DNA from: a virus
Lineage: Duplodnaviria > Heunggongvirae > Uroviricota > Caudoviricetes
Direction: 5' to 3' (one strand)
Virus record (IMG/VR): IMGVR_UViG_2541047882_000008
DNA length: 20,259 bases
Part shown: positions 1 through 9,882 of the stretch, in pieces
Layout of the letters: each line of letters begins with the position of its first letter
How positions within the stretch are numbered: position 1 is the first letter of the stretch
The notes under the pieces: model-generated
Told to the model about the DNA's origin: nothing
The model's database searches: none
Seen by the model: the letters and a program-made list of their open reading frames with translations, nothing else
Made by a program: the position numbers and the translations under genes

Positions 1-584
1 ATCATCCACCCAACTTAACTGAAACCAGGATGAAGTATATGCATATAAAGTTCACTTTGCCAAACTTCAGTATAAAAAACCACATAAAAAATAGGGTGTG
101 ATAAAAAATACCGTAACAATAAAGCAAAGGATTATAAATTCCGTTACAGTTACAAATGATACTCAAGAAACAATTCCTTAGGAAAAACTTATTTACAGCC
201 AATAAGTAAGACACTTATATGATATCAAGTTTTCATAAAACATAACTAGGCTAAATAGCTGCGCCTAATACCGCTACACTTTTGCCAGCCCATGTTTGCC
301 TCCGGGTATTGACCCCTTCTCTACGCAACTTCAGTTCCCACCACCAACTTTGCGGCAGCTTTGTAGGATCAATGTCTAAAAGAATAATGGTGACCGATAA
401 GAAAACGACTGAATAACTGCAAATTTTCGCTCAAAACCTTCCTGTCAGATCCATAGCGAATCAAGTGCTGAATGTCACAGTATCGAACAGAAAACAGTGA
501 CGATCTAACCCTTCAAGAATATTCTACGATTGTTCTGTTTAGGAAAAGCAAGGCGGGAAGTCGGGAGATAAGTCATTGATAAAG

Positions 585-645
585 TGGCGGAGAGAGGGGG
601 ATTTGAACCCCCGGTAGAGTTGCCCCTACTCCGGTTTTCGAGACC
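585..645 (-). other. Orphan 3' fragment (61 nt) of a tRNA-Ser(CGA)-like gene: anticodon stem-loop, long variable arm, T-arm and CCA end; 5' half absent
   Basis: Minus strand reads GGTCTCGAAAACCGGAGTAGGGGCAACTCTACCGGGGGTTCAAATCCCCCTCTCTCCGCCA, matching my recollection of the 3' part of E. coli serU; sequence upstream of the anticodon stem is unrelated, so no acceptor/D arm. Confidence 0.6.
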
Positions 646-1388
646 GATGATACAGAGTCGAAAAATCAAAGAGTTAAAAATTTTTCTTGGAATAAATGTC
701 TTTAAATCGTACACGAAAAATCAATGAATTACATAACATTAAAGAAGAATATTCCAAGCCTTCTTGAGGCTACCACCTGTTTTCAGGTGTCATTCAGACG
801 TGATTTGCCCCAGATTGGGAAAGCACGCTTTTTTCTCAGCTATCGTCCTCTTATTTTGCCGTTACATTTCTTTTTGCACTCTAATGATTAATTTACAATA
901 ATAATATCGGTAATTATTGAGTAATAATAAATTGATTATTGCAAATGTAATTTAATTCCATCTTAGCGTTATATTCCAATCTTTAATCTCCGCATGGAAC
1001 AAGTTGCATGCGTGACTATATTAAGACAACTTATAACCACCAAAACATTTGCTTTGCAAGCAAAAACAGTGACCATTGACTCTAAGAAAATTCCGATCTA
1101 TTGTTAGGGTCATCAAAGTTACTTAACAGTATTCCGAAATGAAAATACAAAGCAAGCTAATTGTCTTATTAAACATTATTATTGCATTTATATTATTTGA
1201 GCTTTTAGCTCAAAAATTTGGTTTGAGTACATTATTTTAAAGCAAGGTAAACAATATCGGGCACTCTAGTTTTTATAATTAACAATTAAACGTCCATAAA
1301 ATGTTATTTACTTTTCTTCGCTATTGTCACATCTTAATATAGTGGCTTACGCCACTCTACTTTCATCACATTTTGTACGTTTATGTAC

Positions 1389-1418
1389 TCGCCATGAAGC
1401 TCTTTCATGGCGATTTTT
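1389..1418 (+). terminator. Rho-independent terminator (10-bp perfect stem TCGCCATGAA/TTCATGGCGA, 5-nt loop, TTTTT)
   Basis: Perfect inverted repeat followed by a T-run on the + strand only; no U-tract on the - strand. Confidence 0.55.
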
Positions 1419-1504
1419 ATTCTTAATCCAAGAACATACTCCCTATCTATAGCAAAATCACTTTTTGAACAAAAGAATAACGTATTTAGGTAATCATTAC
1501 GAAT

Positions 1505-2086
1505 TTACCCTATAGGTGCTACTGGCCATTCAATATCCTGTGCAGTTGACGTATCAACACGGTTCAGCAATACCCGATACTTTTTCCAGGCTTCCAGCAA
1601 CAAGGTTTCTTCCTCCGTTGCGATTTCCAGATCCACAGCATCCTGAAGCGGCGCTATATGCTCACTGGCTACCTGCATCAGGCTGTTTTTTGTTTCTTCC
1701 ACCTCCCGGATCCGGAACAGTTTTTCTGCTTCCGTATCCTTCACCCAGGCTGTGCCGTTCCACTTCTGAAACTCCCCTTCCGGGGATAACCAGGTAACAT
1801 TTTCCGGTAATGAGCCGAGTTCAGAAATAAATAACGCGTCCCCTGATGCCACGTCATAAACTGTTTTACCCCGATGGTCTTCAACAAGATGCCACGATGA
1901 CTCATCACTGTTGAAAACAGCCACGAAGCCAGCCGGAATATCTGGCGGTGCAATATCGGTACTGTTTGCTGGCAGACCTGTATGAGGCGGAATATATGCA
2001 TCACCTTCACCAATAAATTCATTAGTTCCGGCCAGCAGATTATAAATTTTTATGGTCCGTGGTTGTTCACTCATTCTGAATGCCAT
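1505..2086 (-). CDS. tfa: Tail fibre assembly protein Tfa (193 aa)
   Basis: Translation [24 protein letters not shown]... matches lambda Tfa from memory; ATG overlaps the TAA of the out-of-frame stf C-terminal segment (TAATG). Confidence 0.85.
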   Translation of the reverse strand: MAFRMSEQPRTIKIYNLLAGTNEFIGEGDAYIPPHTGLPANSTDIAPPDIPAGFVAVFNSDESSWHLVEDHRGKTVYDVASGDALFISELGSLPENVTWLSPEGEFQKWNGTAWVKDTEAEKLFRIREVEETKNSLMQVASEHIAPLQDAVDLEIATEEETLLLEAWKKYRVLLNRVDTSTAQDIEWPVAPIG

Positions 2087-2096
2087 TATGCAAGCC

Positions 2097-4031
2097 TCAC
2101 AATATAGTTAAATGCGATGTTTTTGACGGTGTTTTCCGCGTTACCAGCAGCGTTAACGGTGATGGTGTGTCCGTGTGAGCCAATCGCAACGGAGTGCGTA
2201 TGAGCACCAATACCGACAGTATGTGCATGTGCGCCTGCGCTTGCAGCAGTGCCGGACAGCGAGTGGGTACCCGACCATTCGCATTATCATTAGCTGCTTT
2301 CACTGCTTTCGGTGTCGCGGCAAGCGTTTCAGATGCGCTGTTGGTTGCACTACTGAGCTGGACAATTCCTTTTTGTGCTGTCGTAGCGTCCTGAGCAGTA
2401 TATTTCCCGTTAGCAAGGTCATAGGCTGCCTTTACCGACTTTGGCGTTGCCGCCAGCATTTCAGATGTGCTGTTGGTCGCGTTGCTAAGCTGAACTATCC
2501 CTTTCTGTGCTGTCGTTGCATCCTGTGCGGTGTATTTCCCGTTAGCCAGCTCATACGCGGCCTTAACGGCTTTTGGCGTTGCCGCCAGTGACTCGGAAGT
2601 GCTGTTAGTCGCACTGCTGAGCTGTACTATCCCCTTTTTCGTCGTGCTCGCATCCTCAAGCGCCACGGCGGATGCAATATCCTCTGCCCGTTTTGCTGCT
2701 GTCTCGGCGCGCGTTGCCGCGGATTCCGCCGTACTTTTGCTCTGAGCTGCCGCCGTCGCACTGCCAGCTGCCTCTGTCGCCTTCGTGGATGCCGTCGTGG
2801 CGCTGCCCTTCGCTGCTGACGCCTGTCTGGTCGCCTCATCTTTTGAAGCAGACGCCGATGATGCCGATGACGCCGCCGAACTGGCTGACGATGCGGCAGC
2901 CGTTTTTGAGGATTCTGCGCTGGTTTCCGACGCTTTCGCGTTCGTTTCGGATGTCTTCGCTGCGGAAGCTGACCTCGCTGCTGCCGTGGCCTGTTCAGTG
3001 GCTTCGCCAGCCTTCGTTGTGGCTGTTGAAGCGGATGATGCGGCGCTTTCTGCCGACTTTCCGGCAGCGGTGGCACTGGCTGAGGCCTGCCCGGCATTTG
3101 TTGACGCGGCGCTGGCAGATGAGGCAGCCGCTGTTTTTGAGTCTGCTGCTGCGGAGGCACTCTGTGCTGCTGCCGTCTCAGAAGACTTAGCGTTCGTCTC
3201 GGACGTTTTTGCCGCCTTCGCGGAATTTCCTGCCGCTGTTGCCGAGGAGGCTGCACTACTGGCGCTCGAGGCTGCGCTCGTTTCTGATGATTTTGCCGCC
3301 TCTTTTGAGGCCGCCGCATCCCGGGCTGAGGTGGCAGCTTCTGACGCCTTCGTGGTCGCGGCGGATGCAGAAGTGGCTGCTGATTGTTGTGACGCTGCCG
3401 CATTCGTTTCTGACGTTTTCGCCGCAGCGGCACTGGTAGCTGCCGCGCTTTTTGAGGACTCTGCAGCAGCAGCACTTTTCGATGCTTCACTGGCCTTTGT
3501 TGATGCCGTTCCTGCGCTGGAAGATGCTGACTGAGCAGATGATGCAGCCTGTCCGGCTGACGTGCTGGCGGCACGAGCTGAGCCTGCAGCATCGGTTGTA
3601 TGAGTTGCCGCCTCACTGGCAGATGTGCTGGCATCACTGGCTGACTTCTTCGCGGCTGCCGTGTTCTGTGCCACTGCGGACGCGTTACGCGCCACCTCTT
3701 CCACCATCAGTTCAAAACGGCGCAGAGCCTCCGGACGGGCATCATCCTCCGTCATGGCACCGAGAAAATCATTCAGCGTACCGGGTCGGGAATCTTCATA
3801 CACGGTGATGGTCCCGGCATGTGACGGCGGGAATCCTTCCACCAACAGAATAACGCTGTACTGACCGTACTCAACGTCCATGCTGTAACGCCCGGCTTCA
3901 TCCGGATTTTCTGAGGCCAGCGTGTTCACCACCACCGCGGTGCTGTTACGTTTTGCTTTCAGCTGGATTGTGCAGTTCTGTACCGGTTTTCCTGTGCCGT
4001 CTTTCAGTACACCTGAAATCTTTACTGCCAT
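2097..4031 (-). CDS. stf: Side tail fibre protein Stf, lambda-type N-terminus, Ala/Ser/Thr-rich shaft, collagen-like repeats; C-terminal ~62 codons are encoded in a different frame (frameshifted / internally deleted, probably non-functional)
   Basis: N-terminus [26 protein letters not shown] matches lambda Stf; last ~63 codons of this ORF are low-quality sequence, while the alternative frame from ~2273 to 2089 encodes [62 protein letters not shown], the canonical Stf C-terminus. Confidence 0.75.
   Translation of the reverse strand: MAVKISGVLKDGTGKPVQNCTIQLKAKRNSTAVVVNTLASENPDEAGRYSMDVEYGQYSVILLVEGFPPSHAGTITVYEDSRPGTLNDFLGAMTEDDARPEALRRFELMVEEVARNASAVAQNTAAAKKSASDASTSASEAATHTTDAAGSARAASTSAGQAASSAQSASSSAGTASTKASEASKSAAAAESSKSAAATSAAAAKTSETNAAASQQSAATSASAATTKASEAATSARDAAASKEAAKSSETSAASSASSAASSATAAGNSAKAAKTSETNAKSSETAAAQSASAAADSKTAAASSASAASTNAGQASASATAAGKSAESAASSASTATTKAGEATEQATAAARSASAAKTSETNAKASETSAESSKTAAASSASSAASSASSASASKDEATRQASAAKGSATTASTKATEAAGSATAAAQSKSTAESAATRAETAAKRAEDIASAVALEDASTTKKGIVQLSSATNSTSESLAATPKAVKAAYELANGKYTAQDATTAQKGIVQLSNATNSTSEMLAATPKSVKAAYDLANGKYTAQDATTAQKGIVQLSSATNSASETLAATPKAVKAANDNANGRVPTRCPALLQAQAHMHILSVLVLIRTPLRLAHTDTPSPLTLLVTRKTPSKTSHLTIL
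2292..2636 (-). repeat. Tandem in-frame ~132-bp repeats (about 2.6 copies) inside stf, encoding [42 protein letters not shown]
   Basis: Three near-identical 44-aa units visible in the translation and as nucleotide repeats. Confidence 0.8.
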
Positions 4032-4041
4032 ATTCACCCCA

Positions 4042-4069
4042 CAAAAAAGCCCGCCTGAACCGGCGGGCT
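4042..4069 (-). terminator. Rho-independent terminator between lom remnant and stf (stem AGCCCGCC/GGCGGGCT, then TTTTTT on - strand)
   Basis: GC-rich hairpin followed by a 6-U tract on the - strand. Confidence 0.55.
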
Positions 4070-4095
4070 GTCATAACACTGTGTTACCTGGCTAA

Positions 4096-4365
4096 TCAGA
4101 ACTTATAACCGACACCCACGATGAAACCGTCAGTGCGCCAGTCGCCACTGCCGGAGCCTTCATAAGCAATATCAATGGCCACGGATTCGGTCGGGTTAAA
4201 CTGCACGCCAGCTCCCCACGCCAGAGACGTGTTGCTGTGGCGACCGTCATCACTTCCGGTCAGCACGTCGTGCGTTTTCCCCTTGTTGTCAGTTACGCGG
4301 AGATAATCCCCGGAGAAAGTCGACACACGGCTGTAAGCCACACCCGCCATCGCATACGCGCTGAA
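4096..4365 (-). pseudogene. lom: 3' remnant of lom (Ail/OmpX/Lom outer-membrane protein family); N-terminal part deleted at the junction with the ylcI region
   Basis: C-terminal translation ...YAMAGVAYSRVSTFSGDYLRVTDNKGKTHDVLTGSDDGRHSNTSLAWGAGVQFNPTESVAIDIAYEGSGSGDWRTDGFIVGVGYKF has the aromatic C-terminal beta-strand typical of Lom; upstream part of the ORF is unrelated and overlaps ylcI. Confidence 0.6.
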
Positions 4366-4369
4366 CCTC

Positions 4370-4564
4370 ATGTCAACGAAGAACAGAACCCGCAGAACAA
4401 CAACCCGCAACATCCGCTTTCCTAACCAAATGATTGAACAAATTAACATCGCTCTTGAGCAAAAAGGGTCCGGGAATTTCTCAGCCTGGGTCATTGAAGC
4501 CTGCCGTCGGAGACTAACGTCAGAAAAGAGAGCATATACATCAATTAAAAGTGATGAAGAATGA
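4370..4564 (+). CDS. ylcI: Small prophage protein YlcI-like (64 aa, DUF3950-type)
   Basis: Translation MSTKNRTRRTTTRNIRFPNQMIEQINIALEQKGSGNFSAWVIEACRRRL... recalled as DLP12 YlcI. Confidence 0.6.
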   Translation: MSTKNRTRRTTTRNIRFPNQMIEQINIALEQKGSGNFSAWVIEACRRRLTSEKRAYTSIKSDEE

Positions 4565-4728
4565 ACATCCCGCGTTCTTCCCTCCGAACAGGACGATATT
4601 GTAAATTCACTTAATTACGAGGGCATTGCAGTAATTGAGTTGCAGTTTTACCACTTTCCTGACAGTGACAGACTGCGTGTTGGCTCTGTCACAGGCTAAA
4701 TAGTTTGAATGATTAGCAGTTATGGTGA

Positions 4729-4935
4729 TCAGTCAACCACCAGGGAATAATCCTTCATATTATTATCGTGCTTCACCAACGCTGCCTCAATTGCTCTGAA
4801 TGCTTCCAGAGACACCTTATGTTCTATACATGCAATTACAACATCAGGGTAACTCATAGAAATGGTGCTATTAAGCATATTTTTTACACGAATCAGATCC
4901 ACGGAGGGATCATCAGCAGATTGTTCTTTATTCAT
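4729..4935 (-). CDS. ybcW: Small prophage protein YbcW-like (68 aa)
   Basis: 68-aa ORF in the position and orientation of DLP12 ybcW. Confidence 0.55.
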
Positions 4936-5220
4936 TTTGTCGCTCCATGCGCTTGCTCTTCATCTAGCGGTTAAAATATTACTTCAAATCTTTCTGTATG
5001 AAGATTTGAGCACGTTGGCCTTACATACATCTGTCGGTTGTATTTCCCTCCAGAATGCCAGCAGGACCGCACTTTGTTACGCAACCAATACTATTAAGTG
5101 AAAACATTCCTAATATTTGACATAAATCATCAACAAAACACAAAGAGGTCAGACCAGATTGAAACGATAAAAACGATAATGCAAACTACGCGCCCTCGTA
5201 TCACATGGAAGGTTTTACCA

Positions 5221-5631
5221 ATGGCTCAGGTTGCCATTTTTAAAGAAATATTCGATCAAGTGCGAAAAGATTTAAACTGTGAATTGTTTTATTCTGAACT
5301 AAAACGTCACAACGTCTCACATTATATTTACTATCTAGCCACAGATAATATTCACATCGTGTTAGAAAACGATAACACCGTGTTAATAAAAGGACTTAAA
5401 AAGGTTGTAAATGTTAAATTCTCAAGAAACACGCATCTTATAGAAACGTCCTATGATAGGTTGAAATCAAGAGAAATCACATTTCAGCAATACAGGGAAA
5501 ATCTTGCTAAAGCAGGAGTTTTCCGATGGGTTACAAATATCCATGAACATAAAAGATATTACTATACCTTTGATAATTCATTACTATTTACTGAGAGCAT
5601 TCAGAACACTACACAAATCTTTCCACGCTAA
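5221..5631 (+). CDS. ybcV: YbcV-like prophage protein (136 aa from the internal Met; ORF track starts upstream at 5098)
   Basis: Translation [43 protein letters not shown]... recalled as DLP12 YbcV. Confidence 0.6.
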   Translation: MAQVAIFKEIFDQVRKDLNCELFYSELKRHNVSHYIYYLATDNIHIVLENDNTVLIKGLKKVVNVKFSRNTHLIETSYDRLKSREITFQQYRENLAKAGVFRWVTNIHEHKRYYYTFDNSLLFTESIQNTTQIFPR

Positions 5632-5921
5632 ATCATAACGTCCGGTTTCTTCCGTGTCAGCACCGGGGCGTTGGCATAATGCAATACGTGTACGCGCTAA
5701 ACCCTGTGTGCATCGTTTTTAATTATTCCCGGACACTCCCGCAGAGAAGTTCCCCGTCAGGGCTGTGGACATAGTTAATCCGGGAATACAATGACGATTC
5801 ATCGCACCTGACATACATTAATAAATATTAACAATATGAAATTTCAACTCATTGTTTAGGGTTTGTTTAATTTTCTACACATACGATTCTGCGAACTTCA
5901 AAAAGCATCGGGAATAACACC

Positions 5922-6215
5922 ATGAAAAAAATGCTACTCGCTACTGCGCTGGCCCTGCTTATTACAGGATGTGCTCAACAGACGTTTACTGTTCAAAACA
6001 AACCGGCAGCAGTAGCACCAAAGGAAACCATCACCCATCATTTCTTCGTTTCTGGAATTGGGCAGAAGAAAACTGTCGATGCAGCCAAAATTTGTGGCGG
6101 CGCAGAAAATGTTGTTAAAACAGAAACCCAGCAAACATTCGTAAATGGATTGCTCGGTTTTATTACTTTAGGCATTTATACTCCGCTGGAAGCGCGTGTG
6201 TATTGCTCACAATAA
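5922..6215 (+). CDS. bor: Bor lipoprotein (serum-resistance-associated outer membrane lipoprotein, 97 aa)
   Basis: Signal peptide plus lipobox LITGC; sequence and length match lambda Bor; placed opposite to the lysis genes as in lambda. Confidence 0.8.
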   Translation: MKKMLLATALALLITGCAQQTFTVQNKPAAVAPKETITHHFFVSGIGQKKTVDAAKICGGAENVVKTETQQTFVNGLLGFITLGIYTPLEARVYCSQ

Positions 6216-6246
6216 TTGCATGAGTTGCCCATCGATATGGGCAACT

Positions 6247-6708
6247 CTATCTGCACTGCTCATTAATATACTTCTGGGTTCCTTCCAGTTGTTTTTGCAT
6301 AGTGATCAGCCTCTCTCTGAGGGTGAAATAATCCCGTTCAGCGGTGTCTGCCAGTCGGGGGGAGGCTGCATTATCCACGCCGGAGGCGGTGGTGGCTTCA
6401 CGCACTGACTGACAGACTGCTTTGATGTGCAACCGACGACGACCAGCGGCAACATCATCACGCAGAGCATCATTTTCAGCTTTCGCATCAGCTAACTCCT
6501 TCGTGTATTTTGCATCGAGCGCAGCAACATCACGCTGACGCATCTGCATGTCAGTAATTGCCGCGTTCGCCAGCTTCAGTTCTCTGGCATTTTTGTCGCG
6601 CTGGGCTTTGTAGGTAATGGCGTTATCACGGTAATGATTAACAGCCCATGACAGGTAGACGATGATGCAGATAACCAGAGCGGAGATAATCGCGGTTACT
6701 CTGTTCAT
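6247..6708 (-). CDS. Rz: Spanin inner-membrane subunit Rz (i-spanin)
   Basis: N-terminal TM segment, coiled-coil body; Rz1 embedded in +1 frame; follows the endolysin gene. Confidence 0.8.
   Translation of the reverse strand: MNRVTAIISALVICIIVYLSWAVNHYRDNAITYKAQRDKNARELKLANAAITDMQMRQRDVAALDAKYTKELADAKAENDALRDDVAAGRRRLHIKAVCQSVREATTASGVDNAASPRLADTAERDYFTLRERLITMQKQLEGTQKYINEQCR
6306..6488 (-). CDS. Rz1: Spanin outer-membrane lipoprotein Rz1 (o-spanin), fully embedded within Rz in another frame
   Basis: 60-aa ORF with lipobox VVGC and proline-rich mature region, nested in Rz. Confidence 0.7.
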   Translation of the reverse strand: MRKLKMMLCVMMLPLVVVGCTSKQSVSQCVKPPPPPAWIMQPPPDWQTPLNGIISPSERG

Positions 6709-7202
6709 TGCTGACCCCACAAACAGATTTCACGCTCAATCTCACGACGAGTCATGAGACCTTTCCATTGCTTACCGCCAGCATATGTCCAGCGACGTAG
6801 CTGATCACATGCGCCTTTGATATCGCCCTGGTTTATTTTGCGAAGAAGCGTCGATGTTCTGAAATTGCCAGCACCCACGTTGTAAACGAATGAGTAAAGA
6901 GCGCCGCGCGTTGTTTCCGGTATATCGACTTTGATGTACGGGTTAATTTGTCTGGCGACAGTGGCAAGGTCTTTATTCAAGAGTGCTTTGCATTCTGCTT
7001 TGGTATACGTTTTACCGAGCATGATGTCTTTTCCGGTGTGTCCGTGACATACAGTCCATACGCCAACGATATCTTTGTATGGTACGTAGCTGACACCTTC
7101 CAGACCATCGTTACCACTTGGGCCAGTAATTAACACTGATGCTATAGCAATTGCTCCGCCACCAATAGCAGCAGCAACGGCTTTTCGTAATGATGGAGGC
7201 AT
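6705..7202 (-). CDS. R: Endolysin R, lysozyme family, with N-terminal signal-anchor-release (SAR) hydrophobic segment (phage 21 / DLP12 RrrD type)
   Basis: Gly/Ala-rich weakly hydrophobic N-terminus [18 protein letters not shown] followed by a lysozyme-like body; ATGA overlap with the S stop. Confidence 0.8.
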   Translation of the reverse strand: MPPSLRKAVAAAIGGGAIAIASVLITGPSGNDGLEGVSYVPYKDIVGVWTVCHGHTGKDIMLGKTYTKAECKALLNKDLATVARQINPYIKVDIPETTRGALYSFVYNVGAGNFRTSTLLRKINQGDIKGACDQLRRWTYAGGKQWKGLMTRREIEREICLWGQQ

Positions 7203-7417
7203 TATTCACCTCTCGCAGCCTTGCGCTTATCTTCTTTAATCTTGAAATAAAGGTTTGTCAGGTACGTCAGCAGGCCAAATACCAGGCTACCCAGCACACC
7301 TATTGCTGCCCACTGTGAGGGCGTGACTTTATCGAGCAGCTGTAAAAACCAGTAACCGGCACTACCTGCTGAGGTGCCATAGGCGACACCCGTTGTTAAC
7401 TTATCCATGGATTTCAT
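7202..7417 (-). CDS. S: Holin S of the phage-21 pinholin type, with dual-start motif MKSM (antiholin Met1 / holin Met4); ORF track extends to 7462 via a non-ATG start
   Basis: Translation [71 protein letters not shown] closely resembles S21 / EssD. Confidence 0.8.
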
Positions 7418-7544
7418 AACCCCACCTCGCAGACAAAGCGGGTGTAAATTGAGGGAATACAACGTATCGCAAAAAAGCAGAAACGTAACAGACTCGGAGT
7501 CAGTGAATAACTCAGGTATTGGGTTATCAGCTAATATCGAGACT

Positions 7545-7575
7545 CAAAAAATGGAAAAACCCGCTCGACGGCGGG
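7545..7575 (-). terminator. Rho-independent terminator upstream of S on the late-gene strand; candidate tR'-like terminator
   Basis: Hairpin CCCGC-TCGACG-GCGGG followed on the - strand by a U-rich tract (TTTTTCCATTTTTT). Confidence 0.45.
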
Positions 7576-8004
7576 TTTAAGCTGTGTGACGAAGTAACCA
7601 CTCTTAACAGCATAACCAATTTTTTACGTACGTAAACCACTAAATGATATTTGCGAGAATGCTACCGAGTATTGAAAACACCACTACAAATACATAAGCA
7701 AATCTCAACAAATAACCAACAAATAATTTCCAGCGTTATTTTTAGCTGGTTTAAATTGAATCTTCAAATTATAGAGCACTTATAAATAACAGCCATTAAT
7801 ATAAATTGGCTAATAGATTTATTTTTATTCAGCCAAGAGCCATGAATAGGATTCGATAGAAAAAGTTCAGATAAAAATAGAGATCTACTTCACAAATCAA
7901 ATGAGAAACCAAAACTTACATCTTGAAATAATCACATTGATTAGATGAATATTTATCGCGCAGTGACATCATTTTTTAATAATAGTTCAAAAAAAGGGCT
8001 CACG

Positions 8005-9087
8005 ATGAAAAAATTAACAGTGGCAATTTCTGCTGTAGCTGCATCAGTACTGATGGCGATGTCTGCTCAGGCAGCTGAAATTTATAATAAAGACAGTAAC
8101 AAGCTGGATCTGTACGGGAAAGTTAATGCTAAGCACTACTTCTCCTCTAATGATGCAGATGATGGTGATACTACTTATGCCCGTCTTGGCTTCAAAGGTG
8201 AAACCCAAATCAACGATCAACTGACTGGTTTCGGTCAGTGGGAATATGAATTCAAAGGCAACCGCGCTGAATCTCAAGGTTCCTCCAAAGATAAAACCCG
8301 TCTTGCCTTCGCTGGCCTGAAATTCGGTGACTACGGCTCCATCGATTATGGCCGTAACTACGGTGTAGCATACGATATTGGTGCATGGACCGACGTTCTG
8401 CCAGAATTCGGTGGCGATACCTGGACCCAAACAGATGTATTCATGACTGGTCGCACCACAGGTGTTGCAACTTATCGTAACAATGACTTCTTTGGTCTGG
8501 TTGATGGTCTGAACTTTGCTGCTCAGTATCAGGGTAAAAATGACCGCACTGACGTAACTGAAGCTAATGGTGATGGTTTCGGTTTCTCCACTACTTATGA
8601 GTATGAAGGATTCGGTGTAGGTGCAACCTATGCTAAATCTGACCGCACTAATAATCAGGTTATCTACGGTAACAACAGCCTGAATGCATCTGGTCAAAAT
8701 GCTGAAGTATGGGCAGCTGGTCTGAAATATGATGCGAACAACATCTATCTGGCTACCACCTATTCTGAAACCCAGAACATGACTGTTTTTGGTAATAACC
8801 ATATTGCCAACAAAGCACAAAACTTCGAAGTAGTTGCACAATATCAGTTCGACTTCGGTCTGCGTCCGTCCGTTGCTTACCTGCAATCTAAAGGAAAAGA
8901 CTTGGGTGCGTGGGGTGATCAGGACCTGGTTGAATATATTGATGTAGGTGCAACCTATTACTTCAACAAAAATATGTCCACTTTTGTTGATTACAAAATC
9001 AACCTGATTGATAAGAGCGATTTCACGAAAGCATCTGGCGTTGCTACCGATGATATCGTTGCTGTAGGTATGGTTTACCAGTTCTAA
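8005..9087 (+). CDS. nmpC: OmpC-family general porin (NmpC / OmpD / Lc-like), phage-borne moron (360 aa from MKKLTVAIS; ORF track starts at 7945)
   Basis: Signal peptide ending [10 protein letters not shown], porin-typical beta-barrel sequence ending in aromatic YQF; located between Q and S on the opposite strand, as nmpC in DLP12. Confidence 0.8.
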   Translation: MKKLTVAISAVAASVLMAMSAQAAEIYNKDSNKLDLYGKVNAKHYFSSNDADDGDTTYARLGFKGETQINDQLTGFGQWEYEFKGNRAESQGSSKDKTRLAFAGLKFGDYGSIDYGRNYGVAYDIGAWTDVLPEFGGDTWTQTDVFMTGRTTGVATYRNNDFFGLVDGLNFAAQYQGKNDRTDVTEANGDGFGFSTTYEYEGFGVGATYAKSDRTNNQVIYGNNSLNASGQNAEVWAAGLKYDANNIYLATTYSETQNMTVFGNNHIANKAQNFEVVAQYQFDFGLRPSVAYLQSKGKDLGAWGDQDLVEYIDVGATYYFNKNMSTFVDYKINLIDKSDFTKASGVATDDIVAVGMVYQF

Positions 9088-9102
9088 TTTGATTACTAAA
9101 AG

Positions 9103-9250
9103 ATATGTTGCGGGAGGCTTTGCCTCCCCAACATATAAGTGGCTCCCTCAAGCCACTTCCTTTAGGAGCACAACCTTGCTTCTAACTATATAAACCTTCT
9201 GTTATATATTACCCTTTATTTTTGGGGGCGTCTCAACGCCCCATTTTTAA
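9103..9250 (+). terminator. Cluster of three hairpins downstream of the porin gene, the last (9224-9250) a rho-independent terminator (GGGGCG-TCTCAA-CGCCCC then ATTTTTAATAATTTTT)
   Basis: Long near-perfect inverted repeat at 9103-9136, a 7-bp stem at 9137-9158, and a GC stem with T-run at 9224-9250. Confidence 0.5.
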
Positions 9251-9275
9251 TAATTTTTAGTAAACAATTGGCATA

Positions 9276-9659
9276 TTAATTAGAGTTATTAACAACGATA
9301 TCCATCTCTAACCGGATATCTAATGCCATTAACATCCCTTCAATTATACCCTCAGCCTTCTGTAACCTTTTCCCGATATAACCATCAGAGCAGCAATGCT
9401 TACCTGCCAGTGACATGAATGTCATACCGACTACATAATAATCTACTAATAAATCGTGCAAATCGCTGTTGTTCTTTTTCAGACGGGCCATGCACCCGCA
9501 AATGATCATCGCGTCATCGTCACAACATTGCGGGCGAGATTTTACTTTTGAAGTAATTAATCCCTTAAAACCGGCGGCAATGGACGACCAGGTCACATCT
9601 TCATGATTATTAGCCGCCCACGCTCCCCAACGCTCAAGAACCATCTGAATATCACGCAT
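9276..9659 (-). CDS. quuD: Late-gene antiterminator Q (phage 82/21 / QuuD type, 127 aa)
   Basis: Translation [24 protein letters not shown]... with Cys-rich zinc-binding region, positioned between rusA/ylcG and the lysis cassette. Confidence 0.7.
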   Translation of the reverse strand: MRDIQMVLERWGAWAANNHEDVTWSSIAAGFKGLITSKVKSRPQCCDDDAMIICGCMARLKKNNSDLHDLLVDYYVVGMTFMSLAGKHCCSDGYIGKRLQKAEGIIEGMLMALDIRLEMDIVVNNSN

Positions 9660-9744
9660 CAACTTACTCCACAAAAATCAGACCAGAACGCCAATTACAA
9701 GCAAAAATCAATAAAACAGTATTAGTTGATTGTTATCTCTGACT

Positions 9745-9882
9745 TCATACTCCTGCTCCTGTCAGGGTTTTGGCGTAATTCCTCAGTATTCGGTAATCGG
9801 TCAAAACAGAACTGGGGAAACGATATAAGCGCAGGCGCATCCAGCGGTGGCGAAGAAGTTCTGCCATATTAAACTCAAACAT
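9745..9882 (-). CDS. ylcG: Small protein YlcG-like (46 aa), ATG overlapping the rusA stop
   Basis: [48 protein letters not shown] found by manual translation (below the ORF-track size cutoff); TGATG overlap with rusA. Confidence 0.55.
   Translation of the reverse strand: MFEFNMAELLRHRWMRLRLYRFPSSVLTDYRILRNYAKTLTGAGV

Noticed and set aside
1-1500. Lambda attR core (GCTTTTTTATACTAA) at the left end
   Set aside because: Looked for the 15-bp core or its complement in the left 1.5 kb and found none, so the right-hand end of this prophage (attR) is probably outside the window or was lost.
2627-3637. 336-aa Arg/Gln/Pro-rich ORF on the - strand (and the 249-aa + strand ORF at 2785-3534) overlapping stf
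   Set aside because: Both lie entirely inside the Ala/Ser/Thr-rich repeat region of stf in alternative or antisense frames. Low-complexity GC-rich repeats create long spurious open frames; the stf frame is the one with recognisable homology.
4237-4425. 62-aa + strand ORF inside the lom remnant / ylcI junction
   Set aside because: Overlaps the lom remnant antisense and the ylcI start; no homology or start signals, likely spurious.
8044-8886. 280-aa ORF antisense to the porin gene
   Set aside because: Fully contained within the well-supported porin CDS on the opposite strand, with no start context or recognisable features.
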